Positions 49,498 through 61,759 of a stretch of 64,000 nt of DNA are shown piece by piece. Position 1 is the stretch's first letter. Each line of letters begins with the position of its first letter. A program made the position numbers and the translations under genes. This stretch comes from Pseudovirgaria hyperparasitica (Eukaryota). The notes below the pieces were generated by a model. The model was not told the DNA's origin, did not search any database, and saw nothing but the letters and a program-made list of their open reading frames with translations. The stretch lies in NCBI GenBank assembly GCA_010093815.1, contig ML996570.1. The stretch is one strand, 5' to 3'.

Positions 49498-51127
49498 TCA
49501 CGCATCACCCACACCGACAGAAAGCGGATTCTGGAAAACGCCATTCGGATCAACCCTTTTCTTGATCGCTAACAGCCGCTCATACACCTCGGACCCAAAG
49601 TACAACCGATGAGCCTCCGCCGGCGAAAGCTCCGGATCCACATAATTATGATACGCGGCAAACTTCGTATTCGGCATCTTGCTCGTGATGGCCGTGCTGA
49701 TGCCATTGACAAATGAAATCAGCTTCTTGTCGAACGCGCGGTTTCCCTCGACGCCGGCAGACATCTGCAGCGTCCACAGCGCGTTGCGCGGCTGGAACGC
49801 CGACCACGTGCTGTTGTAGATGCTGACCTGGCTGTCCGGCCCGCCGTAGAGATCGAAGTCGCAGGACCATTGATTCGGCGACGTGATCTGCGCTCCGGCC
49901 GTCGTGGCATAGGTATACCAATTGCCCAGCGCCTCTGCCGAGAGCGGGTCCGGGACCGTCAGGCTCTTGGTGTAGAAGGTGTCGTGCTCGGTGTACGTGC
50001 CCGGCTCCTTGGGTTTTGCAAGCGCGGCCGTGTCTTCGGAGCCCTCGAACAGCGCCTGGGCTTTCAGCCAGGAGACCTCGCGCACGTCGCTGCCTGCGGG
50101 CTTCGGAAGAGTGCGGAGGAGTTCGGGCTCGATTCGTGTCTTCCAGTCTGTGAGCGTGCCGAAGAATTTGCCCTGGATTGACCATGAGTCTGTGCCGAGC
50201 CACATGCCCCAGTTCAGACGTCGGTCTTGGACGGTCGTGTTGAGGGCAAAGCTTTGGACGTGTTGGAAGGCCGCGACGAAGGTCGCTTTCTTGGACATAC
50301 AGTTGGACAGATCGTAGGACCAGTACACGAGTTTCTCGGGTGCGGCTTGGGTGCGCATGTGGAACTTCGTGACGATCGCTATGGAATCTGCGGCGCCTCG
50401 TGCGGCCTATTCTTCTGTATGAGGCATTGATTTGAATGGGTGATGAGTGCCATGACTCACCCAGTAAACGTCCTCGTTCTGCTTCGCAGAGACTCGTTGG
50501 ACTGAACCATCGGCCAACACGACTTCAAGCGCCTCAATGTGATCTAACGCCAGGCCCCAAGCTCGTGAATCGTAGCCGTAGCCACCGTGTGTGCTGTGGC
50601 CGCCAATACCAACACCTGCACAGGTTCCATGACTGATTGCTCGTTTACCGGCATCAAAAAGTGAAAGATCGAGGTTCCCAAGCCGGACACCGCCTTCGAT
50701 TGTTGCGGACTTGTTAGCATGCACGGTCACGGTGTTGAGTGAAGCCAGGTCTATGATGACACTCCCATTTTGTCCTCCTGTGCTGAACGAGGCATATGAA
50801 TGGCCTCCACTTCTAGCTTGGACCTGGACACATGTTAGATATGAATTCAATGCTAGGTACCGCACCGCACACCTTGAAACCGCCGCAGCTACTGGCACAT
50901 TTGACGCCTTCGGAAACGTGAGACACGGTATCTGCCGACACAACTACGGCTGGTTTATATTGCAGACGAAGGTTGAAAGGAGAAGCAAGCTTTGCCCAGT
51001 TGGAATTGTCACTGAAGGTCGAGGGTGTGCTTTTGGACGCCAGACAGGTTCGAAGACATGACAAGTCCGGCTGTGCACTCGCGATGGCGACACATAAGGT
51101 TATGCAGAGACACCAAAGCTGCAGCAT
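49498..51127 (-). CDS. Secreted FAD-linked oxidoreductase, BBE-like / CAZy AA7 oligosaccharide oxidase
   Basis: Signal peptide MLQLWCLCITLCVAIASA; RSGGHSY (FAD His), HGTCAGVGIGGH (FAD Cys), YHNYVD, RLLAIKKRVDP.GVF; introns 50872-50824 and 50460-50407. Confidence 0.92.
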
Positions 51128-52934
51128 GATTGATCTTGTAGCAGGGACTAGAGCGAGTTGCAAGACTGGTGAGCTGGAGTATCTTGCTCCCACCCACGAG
51201 GAACAGTTACATCTTGTAGTAGCTTGTCTCCTTGAAAAACGACTGCACAGATGCAAAGCAGCCAAGAAGCTCTAGAACTTGGACGTTTCTGTATGCATGC
51301 AATAAGTACTCCTGGCGTATCAACTAATGAGAAAGATGCGGATACGATGTACAACACGGCGGTGTGATCGCTTGCGAGCTTGGCTCATGATCCGATTCGT
51401 GCATTGGCGAGCTGAATAAACATCTGCTTATTCTGCAATAACGTTGTGTGACTACCTTATATTGTGCATTTACGAGCTGCGTTATGTAATGAAGACTGCG
51501 ACGGTGCGAATAATAGATGTTCTGGGGCTTTTGGCCACGATGTACGAGAAATGTCTTGGTTGCTGACTTCAGAGCTGCTTCGATGGTGTTAAAGGCCTAG
51601 AGACTGCTTATCGACAAAGTTCATACAAGGCGGATCATGTACATGTTGATGGTCTTGCTCTAGGATATCTCATAATAGATGAAGAGGATGAACGCTAATA
51701 CCTTGATCTCAAACGTCGATGTTGGGCGCTAGGCTAAATCGAGCTAGCTATCGTATAATGATTAGTTTTTGTATGTCTTCAAAGACTGTCAATCAAAGCC
51801 CAATGTTATATGGGCTGTAGTATCAGAATATACTACCGCAATGAATCAACGTGAAAGAATTGAAGTCAGCAGACATGATACGGCGACTTTTGTCTCCTTG
51901 ACTAACGTGATGTAGGTAGCTTTTTATATTATATGAGTCTTGGACGATTCTAGTAACATCGCAGGTATGCTTGATCTGCAAACTGATGGCAATTGAGAGC
52001 TTCATTGACAACGAACAGTCGAATCACGTCGGCTGGGCAGGATTATAGACTCCTAATTCTGCCATATCAGTAATCCTGCTTGTGTCATCACTCGGAACTG
52101 GTCTTATTATACGAGTATCCTCATTAGAGCCTGAATTCAGCCGCGTTCGCCTACCCCTGTATGTATATCAGCGGTACATTATATCAGTCGCCCACCGTCC
52201 GAATGTGCTAAATGAAATGCTATCATCTTCAATACTTAATGAAAGACGATCAGATCCCGGGAACCTGAGGAATTCGCTGAGATAATGCCTCGATTCTCGC
52301 AAGTGGCCTTTGGTCTACAAGGTCTTGCCTTACTCCTCAATGGCGTTGCGATGATCGTAGCCCCCAGCGCTGTTACTCCGTCTCTCTCAAACGCGCCTCA
52401 CGATATTGTGACTGTCTTGGGGTGTGTTGCCATCTCCGTGAGCTGCCTCCGCTGACATATTGTAGTCTGTCCACTCTCACTCTGGGAGTATGCCAGACGG
52501 TCGTGTCGGTACGACATCAGGTAGTTTTGCGCGAGCTACTAATGTGGTCGGTGCCGCTTCGAGGACTGGCGGCAGTGGTGCTACTCAAGCAGGGGCACGA
52601 GTGGAGGGGCGTCGCTGCGTACGAAGGGCTAGCAGGACTGGTCAATGCGATCACTTGGTGGTTTAGGTTATGATGATGGTTTTATAGCGCAGTCGGTGAG
52701 AACGAGACCCATGAGAATGTTCCTAAGTAAGCTGGTCATCGGCGTACGAAGTGAGGCTCAAACGCCGAAGGAAGCTCCCCACCACGTCCCCCACTTTCAG
52801 AGATTCAGAGGTCATTACCCACCTTCCTATCTTTACCTCCTGCGTACAGCAGTACAGTCAACATGTAGTCGTCCTACGGACCATTTTGTCTCTGCCTCTT
52901 GCACACCTCACACCAATACATATACACTGCTACC

Positions 52935-54076
52935 ATGAAAGTCGTCGACATCCACACCCACGTCTATCCTCCATCCTATGTCTCTCTTCTCCGCTCGCGC
53001 CAGACCGTCCCTTATATTCGCACCTTCCCTGATGCGCCCGACTCCTCACGCCTGATTATCCTGCCCGGTGAAGATGACCCTTCTACACCTTCCACCTCAC
53101 GCGGCCGGCCGGTCGGTCCCGACTACTGGGACATCTCCAAGAAGATCGCTTTCATGGACCAGCACGGAATCGACAAATCAGTCATTTCCCTAGCCAACCC
53201 ATGGCTCGATTTCATAGCTCCTGAGGAGGCCGGCGAGGCTGCTCGCAAGATCAACGACGAGGTCAATGAGATTTGCGCAAACTCCTCTGGGAGACTGTAC
53301 GCTTTTGCAGCACTGCCGCTCAGTGCAAAAGCGGAGGTAGTCGTCAAAGAGGTGGAGAGGCTCGGAAGCTTGAAGTATATTCGTGGTATTATCATGGGAA
53401 CTTCGGGACTAGGACAAGGTTTGGATGACCCCGCGCTCGATCCTATATATGCGGCTTTGGAGAAGAATAGGCAGTTGATCTTCCTCCACCCGCATTATGG
53501 TCTGCCTAGCTCTGTTTATGGACCGAGAGCGAATGAGTATGGCCACGTGCTTCCACTTGCACTAGGATTTCCGCTCGAGACTACCATTGCAGTAACCAGG
53601 ATGCTGCTGAGCGGGGTATGGGACAGATTCAAGGGGCTAGACGTGCTAATTGCACACTCGGGAGGTACCTTACCGTTCCTCGCTGGACGTATCGAGAGCT
53701 GTATCGCTCACGATGTGCATTTGAAGAAGCATGGAAAGATCGAGGGACGTAGGCCGGTCTGGGATATCTTGAAGAAGAATATCTATCTCGATGCTGTCAT
53801 TTACAACGAAGTTGGTCTGAACGCAGCCATAGAAGCGTCGGGGGCAGACAGATTGATGTTCGGTATGTTTCAAGAATTGTCTCCCATGGAAATGCTTTGA
53901 CTCACATTCCTATAGGTACTGATCACCCCTTCTTTCCTCCACTAGAGGGCGAGGGTTCAGAATGGCTGAGCGTCAACACGAATTACGCAGCTATCAAAGC
54001 AGCATCTGGAGGGAAAGAGGCCATGGCGGACGGTATTCTAGGAGGAAATGCAATTCGAGTACTGAGGTTAGACTAA
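52935..54076 (+). CDS. Uracil-5-carboxylate (iso-orotate) decarboxylase, amidohydrolase-2 family
   Basis: VDIHTHVYP, VISLANPWLDF, FLHPHYG, LALGFPLETT, AHSGGTLPFLAGR, FG|TDHPFFPP; intron 53863-53915; stop TAA 54074-54076. Confidence 0.9.
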
Positions 54077-54872
54077 AGCACCGAAGTATAGAAAATCTGA
54101 TGCAGCCTCGAGTTTCACACCGAACAAATATTCTCCTCCACAACCAACGTCCAACCGCCTTGCCCAGCATGACTTTACCCGTATGCATGTACGTACCTCC
54201 CACAAGCTCATGCTCAACTCCTATCCCATCCTTCCCACCCAGCCCTCGCAACGTAGAAGGCATAGTTTCCCTTTCCTAAGACCAAAATTCAATCTCAACC
54301 CGCCGTGGCCGTAGATGCCAGCCCAACAAGACTCTTGTACAGTCTCGAACGGTTCGTATTGATCAGATCAAAGCCAATCTAACCATAAACTCGTCATCTG
54401 GGAGCATCCGAGCAGTGTCTTCTACAGATGCGATGGGTATGTAATTGCAGGAAACAGCGTTGATTTGGGTCAAGTCTGGTTGCGGTGCGGCTTGTACTTT
54501 GCTCGGATCTGTTTCGTTGCTTCCTCATCTCGTTGTTCACTATAGAGTACGTACTGTGAGCCCCCCAACAAATTACAAGCTGCGAGTTTGCATAGCAACG
54601 GGTCTATCATCTCGTCCCCCTCGTGTGTATGTCCTCTAGCCAGACTTCAGAATGATTGCTTAGATTTCTAGACCTTTTACATTCAGGGCCGTTAAGACAG
54701 GCAATCAATTAGTCAAAGCAGTTAGTCAGCAACAGAAACTGTACTGCAATGGACATCTCACTCACTATACACATTCTGCAGTCTAATCAAATACGAAAAC
54801 GGGATACACTGCTCTCAATTCTTCGGGGATAAGTACTAAATCTCGCTGTACGCCCACTCTGCTTTCCTGAAA

Positions 54873-54888
54873 CCCCCCCCCCCCCCCC
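54873..54888. repeat. C16 homopolymer (G16 on the minus strand)
   Basis: Direct read; downstream of the RhoGEF stop. Confidence 0.9.
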
Positions 54889-55180
54889 GGAAGATCCACC
54901 CCTGGCCCAAAATCCCGTCCTCCCAAATGCTACCGCAAATGTACGTACATACGCATACATACATACACGAGAACGTCTAGGTATCATATAAAATTTGCCG
55001 CGAGCCTTCTTTGAAGCATGTGTTATCCAAAAGTCACATGCTCCATGTGCGTCCATCCATCCATCCATCCATCGCTATCGTCAGACCTGCAACCGCCTTC
55101 GCGCCAAAACAACCAATTAAAAACAAAACACCGGCCTCACACAAAAAGGGAAAACACTGGGCTATGCATCGGCGCCGCTA

Positions 55181-58100
55181 TCATTCCTTCAGACCTTCAT
55201 TCAGCAAGAGCTCCACTACAATTTGGCTCCTCTCGACTTCAGGGTGCTGCATGCACACCTTTATAGTCCTGTGTCCGGCCGTTCCCCCGGACAGCGCATC
55301 GTCCAGGAGCTTGACGTCTCTACCCGCGATGACCTGCCGTAGACGACCGTTCTGCGCGTTTCGGATCTCCACAAAATTCGGGTCAAACAGGACGACATAC
55401 GGTCCGTATAGGGCTGCAGATTTGGCCTTCCCGACAAACTCCATGATGACCGATCGCGAGATCTCTCCATACTTGTTGACATATACAGCACATTCCTCGT
55501 AACAAAGAAGGAACTCTTGGTCCGAAAGACGGAACATCCCGAGCGGCGTCTGGTTGGCAAGACGGGCGGCAATTGTTGCAACGTGTGGTGGTTTCAGATC
55601 AGGGACAGACCAGGACTGCTTTTTGTCCAATGTGAGAACCTCAAATCCTTTGGAGGTAGAGACGGCGAGAGACGAATGGAAGAGGTTTATGCCGTAGCAC
55701 TCTGTTGGAATGTAGAACTCATCATAATCCCGGAAGTATTCTGTCTTTCCAACCCGAAGGAATCGACTCTTCTTCTCATTTGACTTTTGAAAGATCGGCT
55801 CAAGAACTTTGAATGTAGATGAGAGACCTTCGCGTTTTTTGTAGAACACCAGTGTGCGGTCTTTCATCTTCCCCGTTGCAAAGAAGCCGATGTCGCGAGT
55901 ACCTGATAGCTTTTGGGGCGCGCGACGTTCGTTCGCGGACGTTGTGCCACCGACCGGGCAAATGGCATCCAGATGGTAGGCAATCAGTGACTTATCTGAG
56001 ATCAAGAGGAAGAGGCCAAATTCTTCGAGCACAGCAATCTGCGACACCTTTGGCGTCTGAATCGCCTGCAAAGCGTTAGCTCAATGGTCCACATCGAGTT
56101 GTGTTCACTTACTCGATTCCAGCCTCTTGGGTTGTCCACTTCTGCTATGTAGACCGCGTTATCAGTTCCGACAGCAACGGAGTTCTTCCCTGTGGGTTGC
56201 ATGAATGCAGTAGCACAATTTACTCTTGCGCGACAGACTGGCGCTGGTCGGCCAGAGTTCTGATATAGCTTCTCCACGTCTGCTATGGCTCGATCAAGAG
56301 GTGTGCCTTTGATTACAACGCTCTTCGAACCAGGAGGCCCTGTCTCGTAGGCAAATGCGGAATCGGCCATTACGCGTAGCCTGAAAGGCTCAGCATTCTG
56401 GGTAAATAGTCCAGCCGCATGTTTTGTCTTTGCTTCAACAATCTTGGCGCACCATTCGCTCCGATTTTGTGAACTTGTTGCGAAAAGAGTATAGTCGTCT
56501 TTACCAAGATGCTTTATCCTGAAAGGATACAAGACCTTATCGTCCTTTGCATCGGCACTAATAGTGGGACCAAGTGTACGTCCAGAAGAAGTGGTGCTAA
56601 CTGAGTTGACCGACGTAGACGTATTGGTGTGGGTAAGAGCTCCTGGCAGCGGGCTTTGACTCGAGCTCGTTCTGCCTAAGCGATTGTCTTGCACAGCCAC
56701 TCGAGCTCCAGTGCCGGTAATACCTTTCAGCGCTGATTTAACCACAGGCTCGTCGTCGGTGCTCTCCAACACTAGAAGCTGCATGGGAATAGGCTGCAGC
56801 TGAGGTCAGTGGAACATATCGCGAGAGACGCTTGCTTTATACGTACCAGTTTGTTGATGTCATATTTCTCTGATTTTGACACGCCTTCTACCTCGCGATG
56901 TCCAACAGTCTTTGCCAACACTAGATAATGGTCGAAAAGTAGAGCATGTGAGTCCTGTAGTGTGAAGCGTGTATTTCCCATTCTTTGGAGATCACCCTGG
57001 TGTATCAGTTCGCGGCCCAGGTGGTCGAGGTTGAGCTCCACCATCTGCATGCCAGGACGCAAGATGAGTTTGGATTGCAAGTCACTGAGATCAACCTTCC
57101 TTGTCATGTCCGCCACACGCGCATCACACTCCATTGTGACAGCTTTGATTTCCTCGAGGGCTTTGAGTGTGTTACGCTTTTCGTCGCCATCTTGAGTCGA
57201 GTTTTTTAGAACAGTGTCCAAGAGTAGGCCATAACGCTGTAACCTGGCAACTGGTGCTTTCAGAAAGCTATCCCAGCCAAGCCTGTTCGATCTTGCATTC
57301 TGGCGTGCCTGGTCCAAGAAGCCTCTGAAAAGCATGTTCCTGTCCGCTTCCTGCCGTATCAGAAAAGTCGCGTAAGGAAGCGCAGACGCATACTCAATGT
57401 ATGCGATCTTTGCTTTCCGAATCCATTCTCTAAATATCTCGCTAAAGCCAACAATCCAGGGCCCTTGTTCCTGTTGTCGGTACTTTAATTGTGGTAGTAA
57501 ATGATCCTCGTTAGCTTTCTTGACAGCGTCAGCTTTTCCGAAGGCTGAGCTTAGAAAACCTGCCAGCTTCTTGGGTCCGATGACTGGCGGCTGCGCTGCC
57601 TGGAGTCTGTCACGGTACAAGATCCTCAGTACATCAAGATCTCGCATGAATTTATCCTCACCCTGGACAATTTCGTGCAGAATGTTCTGTCGCTCGATCT
57701 CTTTCTTGTGTGTGCCTTCGAGGTCCTCCTTCTTAAGTTTATAATACGTGGCCCAGTCTGCTTGCTCTGCCACATCAGCCTGCGACTGGAGATCAATCTT
57801 CTTCACGGTTCTCTGGCAGTGATGCGAATAGCAGCGCCCATACAAGGGCATATCATGTACTTTGGGCGAGTAACAGCCGATGCCGGTAAATTGGTAGATT
57901 ATCCCGGTCGTTGACTTGTTACTGAATTTCAGCCATTCCTCGTCCCGCACGACGGCGCCAGACCTGAACATCTCTTGCATGACCTGCGTACTCAAGGCCT
58001 CAACATCGAAGATACTCATGGTCGGCACTTTGTACGAGAAAAGAGCCTGGAGACCTTCGACAATCGCATGCTCCTTCAAATCAGCTTCTCCAGCAGCTAG

Positions 58101-60380
58101 GCCTTTCATCCACTCGAAGATTGAGCTCAGTGCCCATGGCTCGGAACATTTCCTAAAGTCATTCGCTGTCAACTTAGCCGGGTTAAAGCGTTTAGCAGCG
58201 GGGAGCGCTGGGAGATCGAGGGCAACCGCATCACCTTGTGGCTCGACTAATGTGGAGGTCTCACTTCCGTACATAGTTGACATGCGATTGTTCTTCTTTG
58301 TCTGCTCTGCATCGGTTTTCGATCGGATTGGCGCGGTTGTCTGTGGTGTTCTGCTCTGGTTTAATAACGAAGTCGAGCGTGGCACTTGTATACCTCCCGG
58401 AGTTTGTTGCTGATATGAATCAGGCGCGTAGAGCTGGCCATATCTCATATGCGCATCAGCGGACTCATATCTTGGCTCACCAGGAGGAGGAGGTGGAAGA
58501 GGTCGATTCTGCATACCAGGGTGGTAGAACATGTCTGGTATCTCGCCGACGGCTCCAGCTCGAGCCTCCATGAGCACGCTCTCGTCACCTTCATCGTAGC
58601 TGAGACGGCGTCGGTGACCTCCCGGAGTCGGCTCTGAAAGTCCACCGGTCCCTGCGGTGTCAACCCTGGCAGTTGGGTTGGTGTGGCCTGCGAAGGGAGG
58701 AAAGGGGTGTATAGGGTCGAATTCGTAAGATGTACTCCCATCGCTGGTGTCTTCAGAACGCCTGATAGAGCTGGATGTCGATACTGGTTGACTTCCTCCG
58801 TCATGCCGAGCGGTACTGCCTCCCGCTGCAAGTTCGTCTGGCCGCCCACCATACGAGAATGATGGTGCTATCCCCCCTTGGAACGATGACATATCCACAC
58901 CAACGAAGTCACTATCGCTGCCTTGGTCGGGTGGATTGCCAGCTGCAGTGTATTGCTGAGGTGGCGGCGCCAGAGAACCAGAAGTGTAGCTGCTGAACAA
59001 AGCATGGTTTCCACTCTCCTTACGAGCCTCATCTTCACGTTCTTGTTGCTCTGCCATCTGCAAAGCCGCCAGGCCTGCAGCAGCTTCAGCATCAGATTCA
59101 TCACTATAATTATAGTATCTAGCCGTGTCACCAGGAGAAAGGCGGCCATTTGACCCACTATTGTTGGGGCCAGAACCATGCCTACCGGATCCAGAGTACG
59201 ACCTGTCTATTTCACCCTCATCGATGGGTTGCTGGTTGAGCTGTATCTGTGGGCTTGTCGCACCTGTGCTCATACCTCTATAGGCGCGTTCTACATCATC
59301 GAAGAGGTCGTCTTGATCGAAATATGATGGAGTTTGCGGTGGAGGAGAAATTTCTTCACCTCCTGGTCGACTCGGGTGCGGTGGCAAAGGCCTGTTCCCC
59401 CGATTGATAGTATCGGCGCGGTGTGGAGGAGGTACAGGAGCGGGTGGAGTAGGAGGCAGAGGATTAGAGGTGTGCTGTCCTATGGTCGGAGACTCGAGGC
59501 GAGGTTGGGAATAATTTTGACGTATATTACCTCCTATAGGAGGAGATGGAAGTACATGGTGTCGGTTGGTAGTTGGGTCAGAGGAGTGTGAGTAGCTAGG
59601 ATAGACTTGCTGCCTTGGCGATATGGGGTTCCACTCGTCCTCCAGAGAAGCTGCAGAGGGAGGGACTGGCGGAGGCGGAGGAGCTGGGGCAGTGTAGGCG
59701 CTGGGGCGACCTTGCGATTGCTGAGAATGATCGTTGTACCGATTATCTCGTTGCGACTGGGCTCTTCCTCCACCAAAAGAATATGACTGAGCCTGCGGCA
59801 TAGTAACGCTTGGGTATGAGGATTGCAGAGGAGAGGTCGGTGTGTACTGAGTCGTGGGGGAGGCGTAGCCATACGATTGACTGACAGTATTCGCGCGGCC
59901 CATCGTGTTATCTGCATAGGCAGCCGGATTATATGGCTGAGGTGGAGAGTTTGGCTGGAATGTCGTTCGATTTACGCCGCCGTAGGTTGCAGGATTTGGT
60001 TGCTGTATTGGGGCAACATAGCTCCGAGGATTATAAGTCGTCTGTGGCTGCGGTGGAGAGGCCTGGCCGTATGAGTATTGATGAGCGTATGTGTTAGAGG
60101 CGGAAGCACCGACTGGACGGTGCCCTGCCCCTGCCGACGCATCACCAATAAACAGCTCATCGTTTGCTCTTGAGGCCGAGCTGTTGCTTCTCACATGCTG
60201 TTGTGAAGCTGAGTAGTCATAGCTATTGTGGGCGCGACCGTTGGTCGCGCCGTATGCTGGGTCTTCTCCATTGTCGTAGGCCGTTGGATGATTCGGATAT
60301 ATGGTCTGATATTGGTTTGCTAGCGGCTGCTGGTAGTTCTGGCCGTAATCAGGTTGCTGACCGTTCGGGTAATAAGACAT
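55181..60380 (-). CDS. Rho guanine nucleotide exchange factor with DH, PH and CNH domains (Rgf3/Tus1/Rom-type)
   Basis: ERQNILHEIVQGE, FLKAPVARLQRYGLLL (DH), LLFDHYLVL (PH), CNH C-terminus; introns 56846-56794 and 56112-56066. Confidence 0.93.
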
Positions 60381-61360
60381 GGTGAAGATGTTCCACTTTC
60401 GAGGGTCGGGATGTCAGGGAGTATGAGGGTGGGATCGCGACGGGCTGATCCAGGGCTCAATGTACAATCAGCTGCAGCATCCGGTGCGCAATATGATGAT
60501 GAAGCGGTCGCGATGACCACATCTGCCCAGCTTTGAAGATATTCCGCAGCGCAGTGAATAGATGCGCGGCGCTCAAGGTGGGGCTGGGACGATTCTGTAA
60601 AGGACTGTTGGTGCTCTCGCGGTTCTTCCAGCGCAGGCAAGCGGCTATCTTACGTCGTATCGTGTCGCGTATCGAAGTTGAGCCGGCGTCGGGTCTTTGA
60701 CTGTTGCAAAGAGTAATGAATTAGGTATTGCGGAGGAGATGATGTGTATTCTTAGGTTTTCGATGCCGTAGCGTAGGTAGGCAGGGTGGATAAGGCGGGC
60801 TGCAGACAGGTAAGCAAGGCATGCCTGGTAAGGCACGTATTGTTGTTTAATACGCTAGTATCAATACTATTACGGCTATTGGCGTGATTGACACTTACGG
60901 CCTGAGGCCTCCAACTGTCAGCCAGCCAGCACCACTCAATGACTCTAATATCAGTAATTATTCCATGTCCAATTGCTAGTTCTAACAATCACCGTCCAGC
61001 CTTCCACATCCCTCAAGGGCTCACGATAATAGACACTCTTGCTGCTCCATCAGAGGCACGCTTTCTATGCAATGCTGTTCCTGAAACTACAGATAAGAGC
61101 ACACGGCGCAACATTATTTCTGCAACGTGTCTATCATCATTCCTCATCTGTTCCCTCACAGCCAGCGGGACTCATAGCGTTGTGCACCGTAACTCCAGAC
61201 TGCCTTTTTTTGGCCTGGAGTACGGTCTGACCGACGTCGGTAGCGGACCTAGCGGCGTCACTTAACACACGTTGTTATCTAAATTCAGTCTCACCAGTCG
61301 CGAGAAACACCGACGCAGCCCAGGCCAAGAGACATTATACCCAGTAGACTGATGCAAGAT

Positions 61361-61414
61361 ATTCAACAAGATACTAAGACAAAGTGAATTCAACAAGATA
61401 CTAAGACAAAGTGA
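61361..61414. repeat. Perfect 27-bp tandem duplication
   Basis: ATTCAACAAGATACTAAGACAAAGTGA at 61361 and 61388. Confidence 0.9.
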
Positions 61415-61759
61415 GTTGTATTGCGAATAACGAAAGAGTGCGTGAGCAGTGTGTGTAGACAGCTGCAGTAGGACGCGCAACACGCCCACGTCACCAATCA
61501 CAACTCTTCGGCAATGTAGGTTCAACGTTTGCTCTCATCACCGAGCGTCATGCTACACCACAGAATAAGAGGTACAGCTACCCCGCAGCCAAAAGTCTGT
61601 CCCGATCGATGGCTAGGGTCAGGCCAAGTGGACCGGCACGACGGCTGGGTGAAATGATATCCCAGTAATGCACTCAATCTGACAATACTATCTATCTCTT
61701 GGTGATAGTGTCAAATATCCTGCAAGGTGCTAGATATTTCTTAACGAAAGGTCACTCAC

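Noticed and set aside
51350..52350. AT-richer tract with several in-frame TAG codons, possibly a RIP-mutated relic
   Set aside because: No terminal repeats or transposase/RT motifs; RIP indices could not be computed.
54100..54530. Nearly open minus-strand frame with two stops between the decarboxylase and the RhoGEF
   Set aside because: No recognisable domain; consistent with chance in convergent 3' regions.
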